A DNA stretch of 64,000 nt, taken from Candidatus Atabeyarchaeum deiterrae (lineage in GTDB: Archaea; Asgardarchaeota; Atabeyarchaeia; Atabeyarchaeales; Atabeyarchaeaceae). Positions 10,556 to 22,475 of this stretch are shown in pieces (position 1 is the first letter of the stretch; every line of letters begins with the position of its first letter). Made by a program: the position numbers and the translations under genes. The DNA lies in the NCBI GenBank assembly GCA_037310415.1, contig CP147780.1:2464001-2528000 (forward strand), given 5' to 3'. The notes beneath the pieces are model-generated. The model did not search any database. It was not told where the DNA came from and was given only the letters and a program-made list of their open reading frames with translations.

Positions 10556-11950
10556 ATGCACCGAATGACAATGAGGAGCAGAGTATCGGACCTATACCAA
10601 GAGGGGTCCAGATTCATCAGCTCTTGCGCACACATTCTGTCACAGAGACCTGTCTTTCTGCTCATGACAGTCTCATTGAAAATCGCTTTAATGTCAATCA
10701 CGCCACTAAGTCCAGAATTCGTAGCGTTCACCCATGTGACGACAGCTAACGATATCACGTACACATTATCTTCAGGTTCCTTCATGGTCTGGAGCTTAAT
10801 GCTGAGACTCATCTATGGCTTTTGGCTTGTACTCCCCGTGGAGCATCCAAGTGTCTGGAATACAATTGGATTCTCGTACTACAATTCCTCGCCTAGCATA
10901 AATCTACTGGTCTTCCTACTGAAAACTCCGCTGCTAGTCGCAGACATCTTTATGGCACCAGTGATATACAAAATCCTAACACAACTCAAAGTGTCCAAAC
11001 ATAGGGCTCAACTCGGAATGAAATTGTGGCTCCTGAACCCTTTCGCAACTTTGATTGCCGAGATGGGTGGCGCGCCTGATATCGTCGCTCTATTATTCGT
11101 AACTGTTTCTGTCTACGCGTTGATGAGAAGAAGGTTCACCATAAGCTCGTTCATGTTGATCTTGAGTTCACTAATTAGAATGTACTCGTTATTTCTGATC
11201 CCCATCTACTTCATGATTATTAGACGAGAGCTAGGCAACAAAGAATCATTACGATTCATTCTCCGTTGTTACGCATTCCCCATGGCGATCGCGATAGCGT
11301 TGCCTATCCTATTGGCTAATCAAGCAGTTGTAAACGGACTGATTGCAGGTTCGCCGAGATACTGGTTCCTTCTCGGGCCACTAGTCTTTCCGTTCTATTT
11401 CGCACCTGATCTTCCAACAGCACTAACCGTTGGTTTTTCCTTCGTACTGATTCTGGCCATGTGGCTCGGTTTTTGGAAGGCAAGTTCACAGAACGCCGGA
11501 GACTGCATATTCATCTTTCTTCTGTCCCTTTTTACATTTCCATATTGGAATCCAAACTTTCTGCTCTGGATTATTCCATTCATGATACTGGATTATGGTC
11601 TCAAGAAGGAGGGAAGGATATATTTGATCTCATTCTTCATTGTTGCTCTCGCATACCTATTGCTAGGTTACAGCGACTACTTTGCCTCCGCTGGAAACAG
11701 TGTGTTTTTTATACCGAACTTTAATGAGGCTATGACCTTCGTATCAACTAATCTGTACTCTCTGCAAAGCATCATATGGATAAGTAGACTCTCGATAATA
11801 ACCATCCTAAGGTCGATGTTCGCGGGGATCTGCTTGGCGTACGCACTCAGGTTATCATTGGAGAATCTCCACCAAGGCTCACGCACGACCACAAGAGGCG
11901 CCAAGCGCCAAGAAAAAAGGCTGAAAGAATCTGTTGCTCTTCCAGGCTAA
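10556..11950 (+). CDS. Polytopic GT-C fold glycosyltransferase, tandem paralogue of the preceding gene
   Basis: LKTPLLVAD, WLLNP, GGAPDI, YWNPNFLLWIIPF and GNSVFFIPN match the 9099 gene motif for motif. Confidence 0.65.
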   Translation: MHRMTMRSRVSDLYQEGSRFISSCAHILSQRPVFLLMTVSLKIALMSITPLSPEFVAFTHVTTANDITYTLSSGSFMVWSLMLRLIYGFWLVLPVEHPSVWNTIGFSYYNSSPSINLLVFLLKTPLLVADIFMAPVIYKILTQLKVSKHRAQLGMKLWLLNPFATLIAEMGGAPDIVALLFVTVSVYALMRRRFTISSFMLILSSLIRMYSLFLIPIYFMIIRRELGNKESLRFILRCYAFPMAIAIALPILLANQAVVNGLIAGSPRYWFLLGPLVFPFYFAPDLPTALTVGFSFVLILAMWLGFWKASSQNAGDCIFIFLLSLFTFPYWNPNFLLWIIPFMILDYGLKKEGRIYLISFFIVALAYLLLGYSDYFASAGNSVFFIPNFNEAMTFVSTNLYSLQSIIWISRLSIITILRSMFAGICLAYALRLSLENLHQGSRTTTRGAKRQEKRLKESVALPG

Positions 11951-11997
11951 AGGTTATGCTGTTGATAGGTTCATGGCTACCGAGGCCTCCAGAAATG

Positions 11998-13206
11998 CTA
12001 TCGACACTTCTTGACTCTCGAAATTGACATCATTTGCTGTTTCACTGATAGGTTTCTCTCCAGCTGATCTACAATGTCAGTTAGGCTGGCCGCTTTCTCA
12101 ACAAACAAGCGGGCAGATTTGCCCATTTTCTCCTTCAGTTGCTCATTGTTAAGGATCTTCAGAATTGCTTCTTCAAGTTCTCTCCGGTCATAGTTAATTG
12201 TTATTCCTGCCTGATGCTCATCTAGTCCCGGGATAGAAGCTTGTTTCGTCACTATTACTGGAGTGGAACTCGCGCAGGCTTCTAAGGCTGCCTTGGAAGT
12301 CTCTTCAAAGTGCAGAGATGGCATGACGAAGACGTCGGCGTCAACATATGCCTCTATTCTGTCTTTCCCGTAGAGTGGACCAGTCAGAACCACTTTGTCC
12401 CCAAGCCCTAAGGCTTTTATGAGTCTGAGTGTGGCCTGTAGATAGCCGTCGTCTCTTCCCACAATAACCAACTTGCTCTGCTTCTTTTTCTCGCTTACCA
12501 TGGAAAAAGATTGAACCAGCAAGTCTAGCCCTTTATATTTATGCAACCTGCCTAAGAATAGTATTACTTTTTCATTGCTTTCTATGTCCAGTTTTCTTCT
12601 GAAATTGCCTCTCGGCGGCAAAATCCGAAATTCAGAAAAGTCGACATTTAGAGGCATCAATTTCACTGCCGAATTTGAGGCGCCATATTTCCTAGCTTCC
12701 TGCATCTCATGCTGAGTTTGCGCAAGCACCATTGAAGCATCTCTCAGCGTTCTGTAACCAAAGAGAGGATCTATTACCCATTTCATGAGTTTCTTTAGTC
12801 CTGTCCCTCTGGGCAGTGAACCGTATGGGAACAAGACGTAGGGCTTGCCGAATTTCCTTGCATAATGATAACACAGCAAGTTGAAGATTGTTCTAATAGA
12901 TGCGAGCAGAATTATGTCGAAACGCTCAATCTTTTCTCTAAGTAGCTTTCTTAGTCCGATGGGGATGAAGACTTTTGTGTTCCAAGCGAGCCATCTGCTC
13001 AAGGTCCTCAGGTAGAATACTTTGATTCCTTCAAGAACATCGTAACTCTTCTCTGTTTCCCTCTGTTCGTCGAGAACATTTGTTGTGAAGACTGTCACCA
13101 AATGTCCTCTTTTGACAAGTTCTCGTGCTATTTCAAACAGAACTTTTGGTGGACCGCCGAAACCCCATGCTGGCGCAAAGTACTCCGTCACAATCAGTAT
13201 TCTCAT
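11998..13206 (-). CDS. GT4 glycosyltransferase
   Basis: FGGPP, FLGRLHKYKGLD, PSLHFEETSKAALEACAS. Confidence 0.9.
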   Translation of the reverse strand: MRILIVTEYFAPAWGFGGPPKVLFEIARELVKRGHLVTVFTTNVLDEQRETEKSYDVLEGIKVFYLRTLSRWLAWNTKVFIPIGLRKLLREKIERFDIILLASIRTIFNLLCYHYARKFGKPYVLFPYGSLPRGTGLKKLMKWVIDPLFGYRTLRDASMVLAQTQHEMQEARKYGASNSAVKLMPLNVDFSEFRILPPRGNFRRKLDIESNEKVILFLGRLHKYKGLDLLVQSFSMVSEKKKQSKLVIVGRDDGYLQATLRLIKALGLGDKVVLTGPLYGKDRIEAYVDADVFVMPSLHFEETSKAALEACASSTPVIVTKQASIPGLDEHQAGITINYDRRELEEAILKILNNEQLKEKMGKSARLFVEKAASLTDIVDQLERNLSVKQQMMSISRVKKCR

Positions 13207-13371
13207 GGCGGTTGTCCTTCAGAGGATCCCTTGTTTCTTTACATCAATTGCCCCGTCGCATTATAAGAATTATGTTTTCAGTGTCATTCAAGGGGTTTCT
13301 TGTTAGAATGTTGGTTCCCGCGGGGTACGAAGAGTCTGACTTCATCCATGGGAAAAATGATTGAGGACTAA

Positions 13372-14328
13372 TCAGATCCTCTGGTCTAAGGTTCTATTTT
13401 GCAGGTACCAGTCAATGGTCTTTCTCAGTCCTTCTGAAAAATCAGTTTTGGCTTCAAACCCGAATTCTCTTTTTGCTTTGCTTGTGTCTAAGCACCTTCT
13501 TGGCTGTCCGTCGGGCTTTGAGGCATCCCAGGCGATTCGTCCACTGTATCCTGTAAGGCGAGTTATTACATCGACAAGTTCCTTGATTCTTATTTCCTTC
13601 CCGGAACCCAAGTTCACGGGATCCGGCTTATCATATTTCTTGGTCGCAAGGATTATTCCTTCTGCCGCATCTTCAACATAGAGGAACTCCCTGGAAGCTT
13701 TTCCCGTTCCCCAAATGACAACTTCTCTTTGTCCTTCAAGTTTTGCGTCCACCATTTTCTTTATGAGTGCGGGAATCACGTGCGATTGATCGGGATCGAA
13801 ATTGTCTTTTGGTCCATACAGATTGACTGGCAATAAGTAGATGGCATTGAACCCATACTGCTGTCTGTATGCTTGAGCTTGAATTAGTAACATTTTCTTT
13901 GCAAGACCGTAAGGTGCATTTGTTTCTTCCGGGTAACCGTTCCATAGATCTTCTTCTCTGAATGGGACTGGTGTGTACTTTGGATACGCACACACTGTTC
14001 CCAATGCGACAAACTTCTGCACACTTTCCAGTCTTGCCGCTTCCATCAATTGGATTCCCATGATGGCGTTTTCATAGAATAGTGCGCCGGGGAATTTCCT
14101 GTTAAATCCTATGCCACCCACCTTGGCTGCCAAATGTATTACAATGTCAATTCCCTTGACAACTCTGAGGCAGTCTTCCCATTTTCTGAGATCTGTATCT
14201 TTGCTTCTTGGAACAAGGATGTTGTCTGGATCAACCTTTTCATCATTAATCAATTTGTCAGTTATGAAAGATCCTAGGAATCCAGCGCCCCCTGATACCA
14301 GTATTCTCTTACCGCCCCAGAATCCCAT
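13372..14328 (-). CDS. fcl: GDP-L-fucose synthase
   Basis: [62 protein letters not shown]. Confidence 0.93.
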   Translation of the reverse strand: MGFWGGKRILVSGGAGFLGSFITDKLINDEKVDPDNILVPRSKDTDLRKWEDCLRVVKGIDIVIHLAAKVGGIGFNRKFPGALFYENAIMGIQLMEAARLESVQKFVALGTVCAYPKYTPVPFREEDLWNGYPEETNAPYGLAKKMLLIQAQAYRQQYGFNAIYLLPVNLYGPKDNFDPDQSHVIPALIKKMVDAKLEGQREVVIWGTGKASREFLYVEDAAEGIILATKKYDKPDPVNLGSGKEIRIKELVDVITRLTGYSGRIAWDASKPDGQPRRCLDTSKAKREFGFEAKTDFSEGLRKTIDWYLQNRTLDQRI

Positions 14329-14330
14329 GT

Positions 14331-15374
14331 TTAGTCCACCTTCCACCATCTCTTCGGGAACCTCTGTATCAGCGTTTTGTCTCCGTCTCCAGGCGGCTCC
14401 AGATTCATTTTACGCACGTCAGCGTCAATCATTATCTTCACCAAGTCCTTGAATCTGATCTCCGGCTTCCAGGATAACTCCTTCTCTGCTTTTCGTGCGT
14501 CTGCAGACAACAATTCTGTTTCAGTAGGTCTGAGATACCTTGGATCTATTCTCACGTATTCTTCGTAGCGGAGATCGACATATGAAAATGCTTCTTCGAC
14601 AAATTCCTTAACCGAATGAGTTTCTCCGGTACCTATAACGAAATTGCCAGGTTTCTCCAGTTGCAGAATCTTCCACATTGCTTCTACGTACTCGGGGGCA
14701 TATCCCCAGTCTCTTTTTGCATCTAGATTGCCAAGGTAGAGAGTCTTTTGACTTCCTGCCAGAATGCTAGCTACTGCCCTAGTTATCTTTCTGGTTACGA
14801 ATATTTCACCTCTGCGGGGAGATTCATGATTGAAAAGAATCCCGTTACTTGCAAAAAGACTGTAAGCTTCTCTGTAATTCGTTGTCATCCAATAGGCATA
14901 TGCTTTTGCAATTGCGTAGGGACTTCTTGGTCTCAAAGGGGTTTCTTCGTTCTGAGAAGGTGGAGAATCGCCAAACATCTCACTGCTAGAAGCCTGATAG
15001 AATTTGGTATTGTTTCCGCTTCTTCTAATGGCCTCCAAGATTCTAGTTGTGCCTAATCCAGTCACGTTACCAGTGTATTCAGGCATGTCAAAACTAACCT
15101 TAACGTGACTCTGCGCCCCCAGGTGGTAAACCTCATCTGGTCTCATGTTATAGATAATATTCGTTATCTGTTCACCGTCTGAGAGATCCCCGTAGTGAAG
15201 GAAAAGTCTTGCATTCGGCTCGTGAGGATCTACGTAGATGTGGTCTATTCTGGAAGTATTGAAAGTACTACCTCTTCTGATGATCCCATGCACTTCATAA
15301 TCTCGGGAAAGCAAAAACTCCGCTAAATAGGAACCATCTTGTCCAGTAATTCCAGTGATTAAGGCGGTTTTCAT
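14331..15374 (-). CDS. gmd: GDP-mannose 4,6-dehydratase
   Basis: [58 protein letters not shown]. Confidence 0.97.
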   Translation of the reverse strand: MKTALITGITGQDGSYLAEFLLSRDYEVHGIIRRGSTFNTSRIDHIYVDPHEPNARLFLHYGDLSDGEQITNIIYNMRPDEVYHLGAQSHVKVSFDMPEYTGNVTGLGTTRILEAIRRSGNNTKFYQASSSEMFGDSPPSQNEETPLRPRSPYAIAKAYAYWMTTNYREAYSLFASNGILFNHESPRRGEIFVTRKITRAVASILAGSQKTLYLGNLDAKRDWGYAPEYVEAMWKILQLEKPGNFVIGTGETHSVKEFVEEAFSYVDLRYEEYVRIDPRYLRPTETELLSADARKAEKELSWKPEIRFKDLVKIMIDADVRKMNLEPPGDGDKTLIQRFPKRWWKVD

Positions 15375-15468
15375 TGGTCTTCACCTTGTATATTTGGCAG
15401 TTCTGATCGCAAGTTGCTCCATAGCTGATAGGGGCATACGATGCAGGATAAACACTTCGGCACGCGCT

Positions 15469-16818
15469 TTACGCTTTTCCTAGTTGTCGATCATGTTCAT
15501 TTGGTGCGATCTTAGTGAAGATACGAGTTATCTCCTTTTTGAAAACGTCGTTTGAGAAGAGATGCAAAGCCAGCTTCCTGGCATTTGTGCCCATTTTTTT
15601 TCTCAGAGTGTCATTTTCCTTGAGCGTTAGCACGGCTTCTGCTAAGCCAATGTGATCGTTTGGCGCTACGGTTAAACCTGCTTTTGAACTTGAAACGAGT
15701 TCTGGAAGATATCCCTCTGCGCAGCATAGAACAGGCTTTCCGCAAGATATGTAGTCGAGAAGCTTCATTGGCATAGATGCGTCAGGGTACTCACATTTCT
15801 TCATTGGAAGAAGATATGCATCAGCAATATTCAAGTATTCGACCAGCACTCTACGGTCCAGCATTCTGTCATCTAAGACAACATTCTTCAATCTGTGTCT
15901 GCTGATGTGGCTCGCTATGGTCTTCTTCATCTCACCGTCTCCTCTTATTATGAAGACGATGTCGCCCCGATCTCGTAGTTCTTCCGCACAACTCAACACA
16001 GTTCGAAAATCGTAGTTTGAGCCAATGTTCCCAGAGTACATTACGATGAATTTTCCTTTGAGTTCTCTCGGTCTATCAACTGCAATCGGCGCGAACAAGT
16101 CGGTGTCGCCTGGATTTCTCAGTATCTGTAGCTTTCCTCTTGAACTTCTCCACTCACTTGATATGAAAGAACGCATTGCCTCAGTTAGTGTCAGAATACA
16201 GTTGCTTGTCATAAAAATGTAGGAAACAAATGCACTTATCATCACAAACAATTTGCTTTTCGTCTTCAGATAGCCTGTGTTGACCAGGGCTTGCGGCCAG
16301 ATATCAGTCATGTCCGTAACCAAAACAGCTCTTTTCAAGGACTTCAGCAAAGTGGCAGGCAATGATGAAAAGACCTTTGGACTAAAAGCCCAAACTATGT
16401 CTGTCTTCCTGACCAGAGGCAGTGAGAAAGACGAAAACATGGCAAATGACAAGTATAACAATAAACGATTAAGAAAACCCTCATGTGGACGGGACATAAT
16501 TGGAACCCTGATAATGTCTATTCCTTTCCAATGCTCTCGGTAGAACCTCTTGCCTCTGTACTTTGGAGGGATCCTTCCCAAAGGATAGTGAGGAACTGCC
16601 GTTACAAGAGTGACTCTGAATCCTGCAGTCATCAAAGCATCTAGAGCGCCTAGGAGCCGAGTCACGTCACCATTCATGTCTGGAAGGAAGTATTGTGAAA
16701 TGACACAGATGTCTGTACTCTTGAGACATATTCTGTTGCCTTCACGATCGTGCATCGGGCTTGGGCGAGTAGAGCCGTATTTACCAGCTGACAAACCATC
16801 TTTGTTCCTTCTGAACAA
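15469..16818 (-). CDS. GT4 glycosyltransferase (WbuB/Cap1E-like)
   Basis: SQYFLPD, PHYP, DIWP, YSGNIG, PMKLLDYISCGKP. True start probably downstream of 16818. Confidence 0.88.
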   Translation of the reverse strand: MFRRNKDGLSAGKYGSTRPSPMHDREGNRICLKSTDICVISQYFLPDMNGDVTRLLGALDALMTAGFRVTLVTAVPHYPLGRIPPKYRGKRFYREHWKGIDIIRVPIMSRPHEGFLNRLLLYLSFAMFSSFSLPLVRKTDIVWAFSPKVFSSLPATLLKSLKRAVLVTDMTDIWPQALVNTGYLKTKSKLFVMISAFVSYIFMTSNCILTLTEAMRSFISSEWRSSRGKLQILRNPGDTDLFAPIAVDRPRELKGKFIVMYSGNIGSNYDFRTVLSCAEELRDRGDIVFIIRGDGEMKKTIASHISRHRLKNVVLDDRMLDRRVLVEYLNIADAYLLPMKKCEYPDASMPMKLLDYISCGKPVLCCAEGYLPELVSSSKAGLTVAPNDHIGLAEAVLTLKENDTLRKKMGTNARKLALHLFSNDVFKKEITRIFTKIAPNEHDRQLGKA

Positions 16819-17076
16819 GTTCGCGCCTCAATGTTTCGATTGTTCTGAAAGCGACGTTGCGAGTCCTGAAAGGGTTTGTTCGACTATTGCACTTGCTGAG
16901 CGCGTCCCGTTCCTATGATGATCAACGTTGGGTTATTGTCAACGAGACCTTTTGACCCAACTCTCAGCATATTCTTTCATCACGCATTCTGGCTTAGAGC
17001 AACGCATTGAGCTCCTAGGACGCATCCTCTTCCAGCGGCAACGCACATTTCTCACGACTCCTCCTAAACGGCACAT

Positions 17077-18003
17077 CTAATTCGAGGGGCGCCGGTAGCT
17101 CTGTCCCTCGACGATCGATGTCTCTCTCACGACACTGACCAGCACCCACAGGATCACGGCTGTTGTCAACAGCATTAGGCCCACCATCGTTGCTCCAATC
17201 GCTATCAACGTGACATTAGTTATTACTTGTCTTGTTGCCGCGAAGTTCTGGATAGTCCATATCCAAAATATAAGAGAAATTGACAATGCAACAACCCCAG
17301 GTATGCCATAGAAGCTTAACGGTCTTCGGATTGATAATCGTTTTATCACACTTAATGCAACACCACCAGCTTGCGACACGGAGCCCTGCTTCGATGGGTA
17401 AGGAACATCGTATCTAACCGTTATTGGCACTTCAACCATTCGCAGTTTCTTCTCTTCCGCTTTCATAATGAGTTCCGAATCTACGCCTATGCCCATCTCT
17501 GTCGGAACCAAACACCTTAAGGCCACCCTACTATAAGCTCTGAAACCCGATTGGGTATCAGCGATATGCCTGTCCGTAATCGCATTCAGCATCTTATTGC
17601 CAATCGCTCGGCGCCTAGGAACCTTAGTCTTTCCTTTCATTTCCTTCATGAATCTCGATCCGACGACTATATCAGCACGTCTTGCCTGCAAAGCTTTGGT
17701 AAGTTTTGGTATTTCGTTGGGATCGTGTTGTCCGTCAGCATCGATTGTAACTACAATGTCGGCACCGACGCTCCTAGCAGTATTGAAAAGAGTGCGCAAG
17801 GCAGAGCCTTTACCCATGTTTCTAGCATGCCTTAACACGGTTACGCCAAGAGCTTCTGCAATATCGTAAGTCATATCTTCCGATCCGTCGTCGCATACGA
17901 TGATCTGATTCACGTACGGTCGCGTCTGAAGTATGACCTTGGCTATTGTTGCCTCTTCGTTGTACGCTGGTATAACGGCGACGATCAAAGGTTTCCTACT
18001 CAA
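17077..18003 (-). CDS. GT2 glycosyltransferase (polyprenol-phosphate glycosyltransferase-like) with two C-terminal TM helices
   Basis: IPAYNEE, DDGSED, DADGQHDP, DTQSGFRAYS, and hydrophobic C-terminal segments. Confidence 0.9.
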   Translation of the reverse strand: MSRKPLIVAVIPAYNEEATIAKVILQTRPYVNQIIVCDDGSEDMTYDIAEALGVTVLRHARNMGKGSALRTLFNTARSVGADIVVTIDADGQHDPNEIPKLTKALQARRADIVVGSRFMKEMKGKTKVPRRRAIGNKMLNAITDRHIADTQSGFRAYSRVALRCLVPTEMGIGVDSELIMKAEEKKLRMVEVPITVRYDVPYPSKQGSVSQAGGVALSVIKRLSIRRPLSFYGIPGVVALSISLIFWIWTIQNFAATRQVITNVTLIAIGATMVGLMLLTTAVILWVLVSVVRETSIVEGQSYRRPSN

Positions 18004-18257
18004 ATTCCACCCGCCCCGTCAGTCAGTGAACTTTCCTGGTCTTCCCAAGTTGCCGACACTCCTCTGCGAGCTGGATAGTCTATATCTGTAGCACGGGTTT
18101 TCAGAACCAAAGTCAGATTTGTGCTTTCCAGAGGATCGATGTCTGCTCGTCGCAGAAGCATGTGCAACGCCATACATACTTGAACGGAATCACTTTTCTG
18201 CTACTAGTCTCTATAGAATACAAGAGACACCCATCTGTAAGATCCTAATGAATCTTG

Positions 18258-19490
18258 CTATTTTCCGTGATTCCTCATCACATAGGATATGGCTTGAATG
18301 AACCCCTGAATCATTTTGTCGACAGAAAAACGCTTCTTTATCATTTCCTTGGATTTCAGGCCCATCTTAGAGGTAAGTGAGTCTGACGTTATCAACGTAA
18401 CGAATCGATCAACAAATGCGTCAAGATCACCTTCCTTGACAATGAAGCCATTTTCGCCTTGCCTGACGATGCCAGGAAGCGAAAGGAGAAGGTTGTTCTG
18501 ATCCGAGATAACTATAGGTTTTCCGCATGCCATAGCTTCGACCACTGTGATTCCTCCCTGCGATGGCAAGCAAAATACGTCCGAAAGATCGTAGTAGAGA
18601 GGCATATCTAAATAGGTTATCTTGCCCAAGAAATGAACGTCCTTCAGGCGCTTTTCGGCTTTCAACTTCAACAAGTAATTCTTGTCAGGACCATCACCTA
18701 TAATCAAGAGTGCAGCGTATGGGACTTCGCCCTTTAGCCTTCTAAACATCTCAAGGAGATGATCTACTTTCTTACGCCTCTCCAAAGAACCCACGTACAC
18801 TATTGTCTTCTTTCCCTGTAACCCTAACCTACTCCGCAGATTGGCTATCTCATTTCCTCTTTTTGAGATTATCCTTTCAAATAACTTGTTGTTCACGGTG
18901 TTAGGTGCGATGAATATCTTTCTCGAATCTGCACCTAGATAAGTCTGAAAATCTTTCGAGCCCTCACCATACACGACAGCAGCATCCTCATGTCTAGTTA
19001 TGAACCGCACAAAGATGTAAGCAACTTTCTTAATTATGCTATCAGTGGATTTTGGCGCATTGTCTTTTATGTTTCCGCCATCCCATATGATTAGACGCTT
19101 CCCAGCTAGCTTACAAAAGACAAAAAGCGGAATGAGGTTCAGAATAAAACCTGCTCCTTCAGTAATAACAACATCATGCTTGCCTTTCGCTATCGCTGGT
19201 AAGAGAGTTGGAAGAAGGTTAAGAGCACGCTTCCAGTGAAAAGGTGACTCCTGCAGACTTCCAGGGTAGACAAATGTTGGAAGAAACCTGTATTTGAAAG
19301 TAAAATCTAATTTTGACAGCTCGGATTCGGTAAATGACATGTGCTCGCGGTTCTTGCCAGGATTGCCGAAGTAGAAGACAAAGTCTACGCCTTCGGATCT
19401 GGCCAGCTCTTCGTAGAAGCCTGAATTGTAAGGAGTGCACACATTCTGAATAAACGCTACTCTTAGAGCGTCATTTCCCGCATGTGGCAA
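18258..19490 (-). CDS. GT4 glycosyltransferase
   Basis: YVGSLERRK, IGDGP, LPSQGGITVVEAMACGKP, GENGFIV. Confidence 0.9.
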   Translation of the reverse strand: MPHAGNDALRVAFIQNVCTPYNSGFYEELARSEGVDFVFYFGNPGKNREHMSFTESELSKLDFTFKYRFLPTFVYPGSLQESPFHWKRALNLLPTLLPAIAKGKHDVVITEGAGFILNLIPLFVFCKLAGKRLIIWDGGNIKDNAPKSTDSIIKKVAYIFVRFITRHEDAAVVYGEGSKDFQTYLGADSRKIFIAPNTVNNKLFERIISKRGNEIANLRSRLGLQGKKTIVYVGSLERRKKVDHLLEMFRRLKGEVPYAALLIIGDGPDKNYLLKLKAEKRLKDVHFLGKITYLDMPLYYDLSDVFCLPSQGGITVVEAMACGKPIVISDQNNLLLSLPGIVRQGENGFIVKEGDLDAFVDRFVTLITSDSLTSKMGLKSKEMIKKRFSVDKMIQGFIQAISYVMRNHGK

Positions 19491-19983
19491 TTCAATTTAC
19501 CCCGAGAATTTCTCAAGCCAAAGTTGGCGTCATTGCGTCAGACTTTACGGACTCACTTTGTCTTTATTTAAATCTTTCCGACTTTCTAATTCTCGGAGTA
19601 ATCGCTTGAGGTTCGCGATGATATTGAGGGCGTACTTGGCGATCCATAGCCTCAGCAGTCTCTGGAATATCTATCTCGTGCTTCTTGGATTGATAGCTTT
19701 GACAACTACATCTCCGCCTAGATGCGAAGACAAGATGCTTAAACCTGAGAATCCGACAGCGCGAGTCAAGTTAATGATGCTGAATTTCGACATTTTCAGA
19801 TCACTAGTCATTGTCCGTTTAGTGAATCTTGGACGCGTGCTCAGTCGGCACCACCCAAGCCATATTGAGTTGGCTACCTGCCGCACGACAAGGTAATGCC
19901 GTCGTAAATACGATCATCCTGTTGGATGTTTGCTCAGGGCCAATCATCCTGCGATGGGTGGGCAATGTCTGGATTCCAGAAAA

Positions 19984-20982
19984 TCAAAGATAGCTCTGGA
20001 TTCTGTTGGAATAGAATTGAACGGTGTTCTTCAATCCTTCTTCAAGCTCCGTCTTGGGATACCATCCTAAGAGTCTAACTATCTTCCTAATGTTCAAAGA
20101 GACGTCTCCAACTTCCGTTGATTTTCTCTCAGGTGGCCATGGAAGAAATCTCCATTCTCCCCTGCCAGTCACTTTTATTATCAGTTTAACCAAATCTATG
20201 AACTTGTAGGCCTTGCCTGATGCCACGAAGAATACTTCACCATTAGCCTCGGTAGACTGGGCAGCCAAGATCATTGAATCGACGACATCGTCGACATAGA
20301 CGCAGTCACGTGTTTGCGTCCCGGGTTCGTATACCGTTATGACTTCGTTCAAGAGGGCCATCCTGATGAGATAGTTTATTATCCCGTAGCCCTTCTGCTT
20401 TATTTGAGCTCTTGGACCATATGTGTTGCTCAATCTAAGAGAAGTTGTCGGAATACCATAGACAGAATGGTAAATCAAGTGATACTTTTCAGCTGCAGAC
20501 TTGTTTGCGGCATAAATATCAGTCGGGAACTCGGGGTGTCTTTCATCTATTGGCGAGTACTCCATTTTGCCCACTTGCGAACGTGTTCCTGTGTAGACTA
20601 TCTTGACATCGTCATTGAACCGTCTTGCCGCCTCAAGGAGATTGATTGTTCCCCTGCAGTTTATGTCAATATCGGTACCTGGATCGTTCATGGATTCTGT
20701 ATGACTTGCTTGTGCTGCGCAATTAAAGATGAGGTCTTTGTTCTTAACATGTTCCTTTAATCGATCGAAATCACGTATGTCTGCTCTCACATCCGCGACT
20801 TTGTCCTTGATTTCTTGGATATTCACCAAGCTGCCGCCATATTGCGGTAACAAAGCATCGTAACTTGTCACATTTGCCCCAAGCTTAACCAAGATATGAG
20901 CTAAGTTGCTACCGACGAACCCCAACCCGCCAGTAATCAGAACGTTTTGGTCATCCATTCTCTTGAGTTCATATTCGCGCAT
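19984..20982 (-). CDS. NAD-dependent sugar epimerase/dehydratase
   Basis: ITGGLGFVGS, YAANK, NTYGPR, RDCVYVDD. Confidence 0.92.
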   Translation of the reverse strand: MREYELKRMDDQNVLITGGLGFVGSNLAHILVKLGANVTSYDALLPQYGGSLVNIQEIKDKVADVRADIRDFDRLKEHVKNKDLIFNCAAQASHTESMNDPGTDIDINCRGTINLLEAARRFNDDVKIVYTGTRSQVGKMEYSPIDERHPEFPTDIYAANKSAAEKYHLIYHSVYGIPTTSLRLSNTYGPRAQIKQKGYGIINYLIRMALLNEVITVYEPGTQTRDCVYVDDVVDSMILAAQSTEANGEVFFVASGKAYKFIDLVKLIIKVTGRGEWRFLPWPPERKSTEVGDVSLNIRKIVRLLGWYPKTELEEGLKNTVQFYSNRIQSYL

Positions 20983-21115
20983 TGTCTTTGCACCTTGATT
21001 CTCTCATGGCCGATGACGGCTCCTTCCAATAAGGCTTGAAGCCAGACCAAATAACGCTTCTGGCAGATCCTGAGACTGTGCTCATGTCAGTTGTCTTTGA
21101 TCATCTATAGAGATA

Positions 21116-22222
21116 TCATTGCTTCTCTTCGAAGAATATTTTGATCATGCCGGCAACTTTCTCAACTTGCTCTCCCTTGAGTTCGGCGAAAATAGGCAAA
21201 CTCAGTATTTCGTCTGCGACTTCTTCTGTGAGCGGCAACGAACCTCTGCGCATCCCCAAGTCCTTGTATGCCATCTGCAGATGGATGGGGATCGGATAGT
21301 GAACCAGAGTAGTTATCCCTTTTGATTCCATGAAGCGTTGCAACTGATCTCGTTTTCGGCACCTAACTACGTAAAGATGGTATATGTGTCTGGCATAATC
21401 CTTCTCCACTGGGCAGGCCAGATCAGTCCCTTGAAGCAATTCATTATAGAGTCTGGCGATATCTCTTCTCTTCCGGTTCCATTCATCCAAATGTCTCAGT
21501 TTTACTCTGAGTATCGCCGCCTGCATTTCGTCAAGCCTGCTGTTAATTCCCTTGAGTGAATGCACGTATCTTGTTTCCTGACCGTAGTTCCTCAGTAGAG
21601 AAACTTTCGCAGCTATTCCATTGTCATTTGTAATTACGATTCCAGCATCTCCATAAGCGCCCAAATTCTTTGTTGGATAAAAGCTGAAGCAGCCAACGTC
21701 ACCTAATCCCCCGACTTTTCTGGCGTTGTACTCTGTGCCATGAGCTTGGGCTGCGTCCTCAATAACTAGCAGGTTGTTTGCGTGTGCAAGTTCCACCAAG
21801 GGATCCATGTCGACGGGGTGACCGAACAGGTGCACGGGCAGAATGGCTTTGGTTCTCTTGGTTATTCGCTCTTTGATTTTTGACGCGTCCATTTCATAAG
21901 TTTCTGGGTCTATGTCAACAAATACAGGTTTCGCACCTGAAAGGGAAATTGCAAGGGCGGTTGCTACTGCCGTGTTGGCCACAGTAATAACTTCATCCCC
22001 GTCTCCTATTTTGTGGGCAAGTAAAGCCAGTTGAAGTGCTTCCAGTCCGTTGCCTACGCCTACTGCGAATTTGACTCCACAGTAATCTGCGAATTCTTTT
22101 TCGAATGCCTTAACTTGCGCACCTAGGATATACCAGCCGCTTTCCAGAACTTCGGAGATCGCCTTGTCGATTTCTTCTTTGATCGAGCAGTATTGTAGCC
22201 TGAAATCATTCATGGGGATCAT
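21116..22222 (-). CDS. DegT/DnrJ/EryC1/StrS PLP sugar aminotransferase (FdtB-like)
   Basis: [32 protein letters not shown]. Confidence 0.95.
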   Translation of the reverse strand: MIPMNDFRLQYCSIKEEIDKAISEVLESGWYILGAQVKAFEKEFADYCGVKFAVGVGNGLEALQLALLAHKIGDGDEVITVANTAVATALAISLSGAKPVFVDIDPETYEMDASKIKERITKRTKAILPVHLFGHPVDMDPLVELAHANNLLVIEDAAQAHGTEYNARKVGGLGDVGCFSFYPTKNLGAYGDAGIVITNDNGIAAKVSLLRNYGQETRYVHSLKGINSRLDEMQAAILRVKLRHLDEWNRKRRDIARLYNELLQGTDLACPVEKDYARHIYHLYVVRCRKRDQLQRFMESKGITTLVHYPIPIHLQMAYKDLGMRRGSLPLTEEVADEILSLPIFAELKGEQVEKVAGMIKIFFEEKQ

Positions 22223-22475
22223 TGATTACACCATCGAGTTTGAGCTGATGCTCCTGAATACTGGAATATGCTTTTTCTTAAGGTTATCCTTCGATCGTGA
22301 TCAAATAGGGAAACAGCTTTTTTCGTTAGCTCACCTCTACTGTCTTCTTACGTTGGCAACAAACGTCTAGTTCAATTGATTCGTCAGTAGGACATAGCCC
22401 CTTGATACTAGAAAAGCTCAGTATCAGAGCCTTTTGAGGCGACCTCTAAAGCCCATCTTTTCTAGTCAATACAAT

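Noticed and set aside
19491-19983. Short ORFs 19558-19896 (+) and 19671-19886 (-) in a ~500-bp gap
   Set aside because: No recognisable motif or clear SD; treated as intergenic or decayed sequence.
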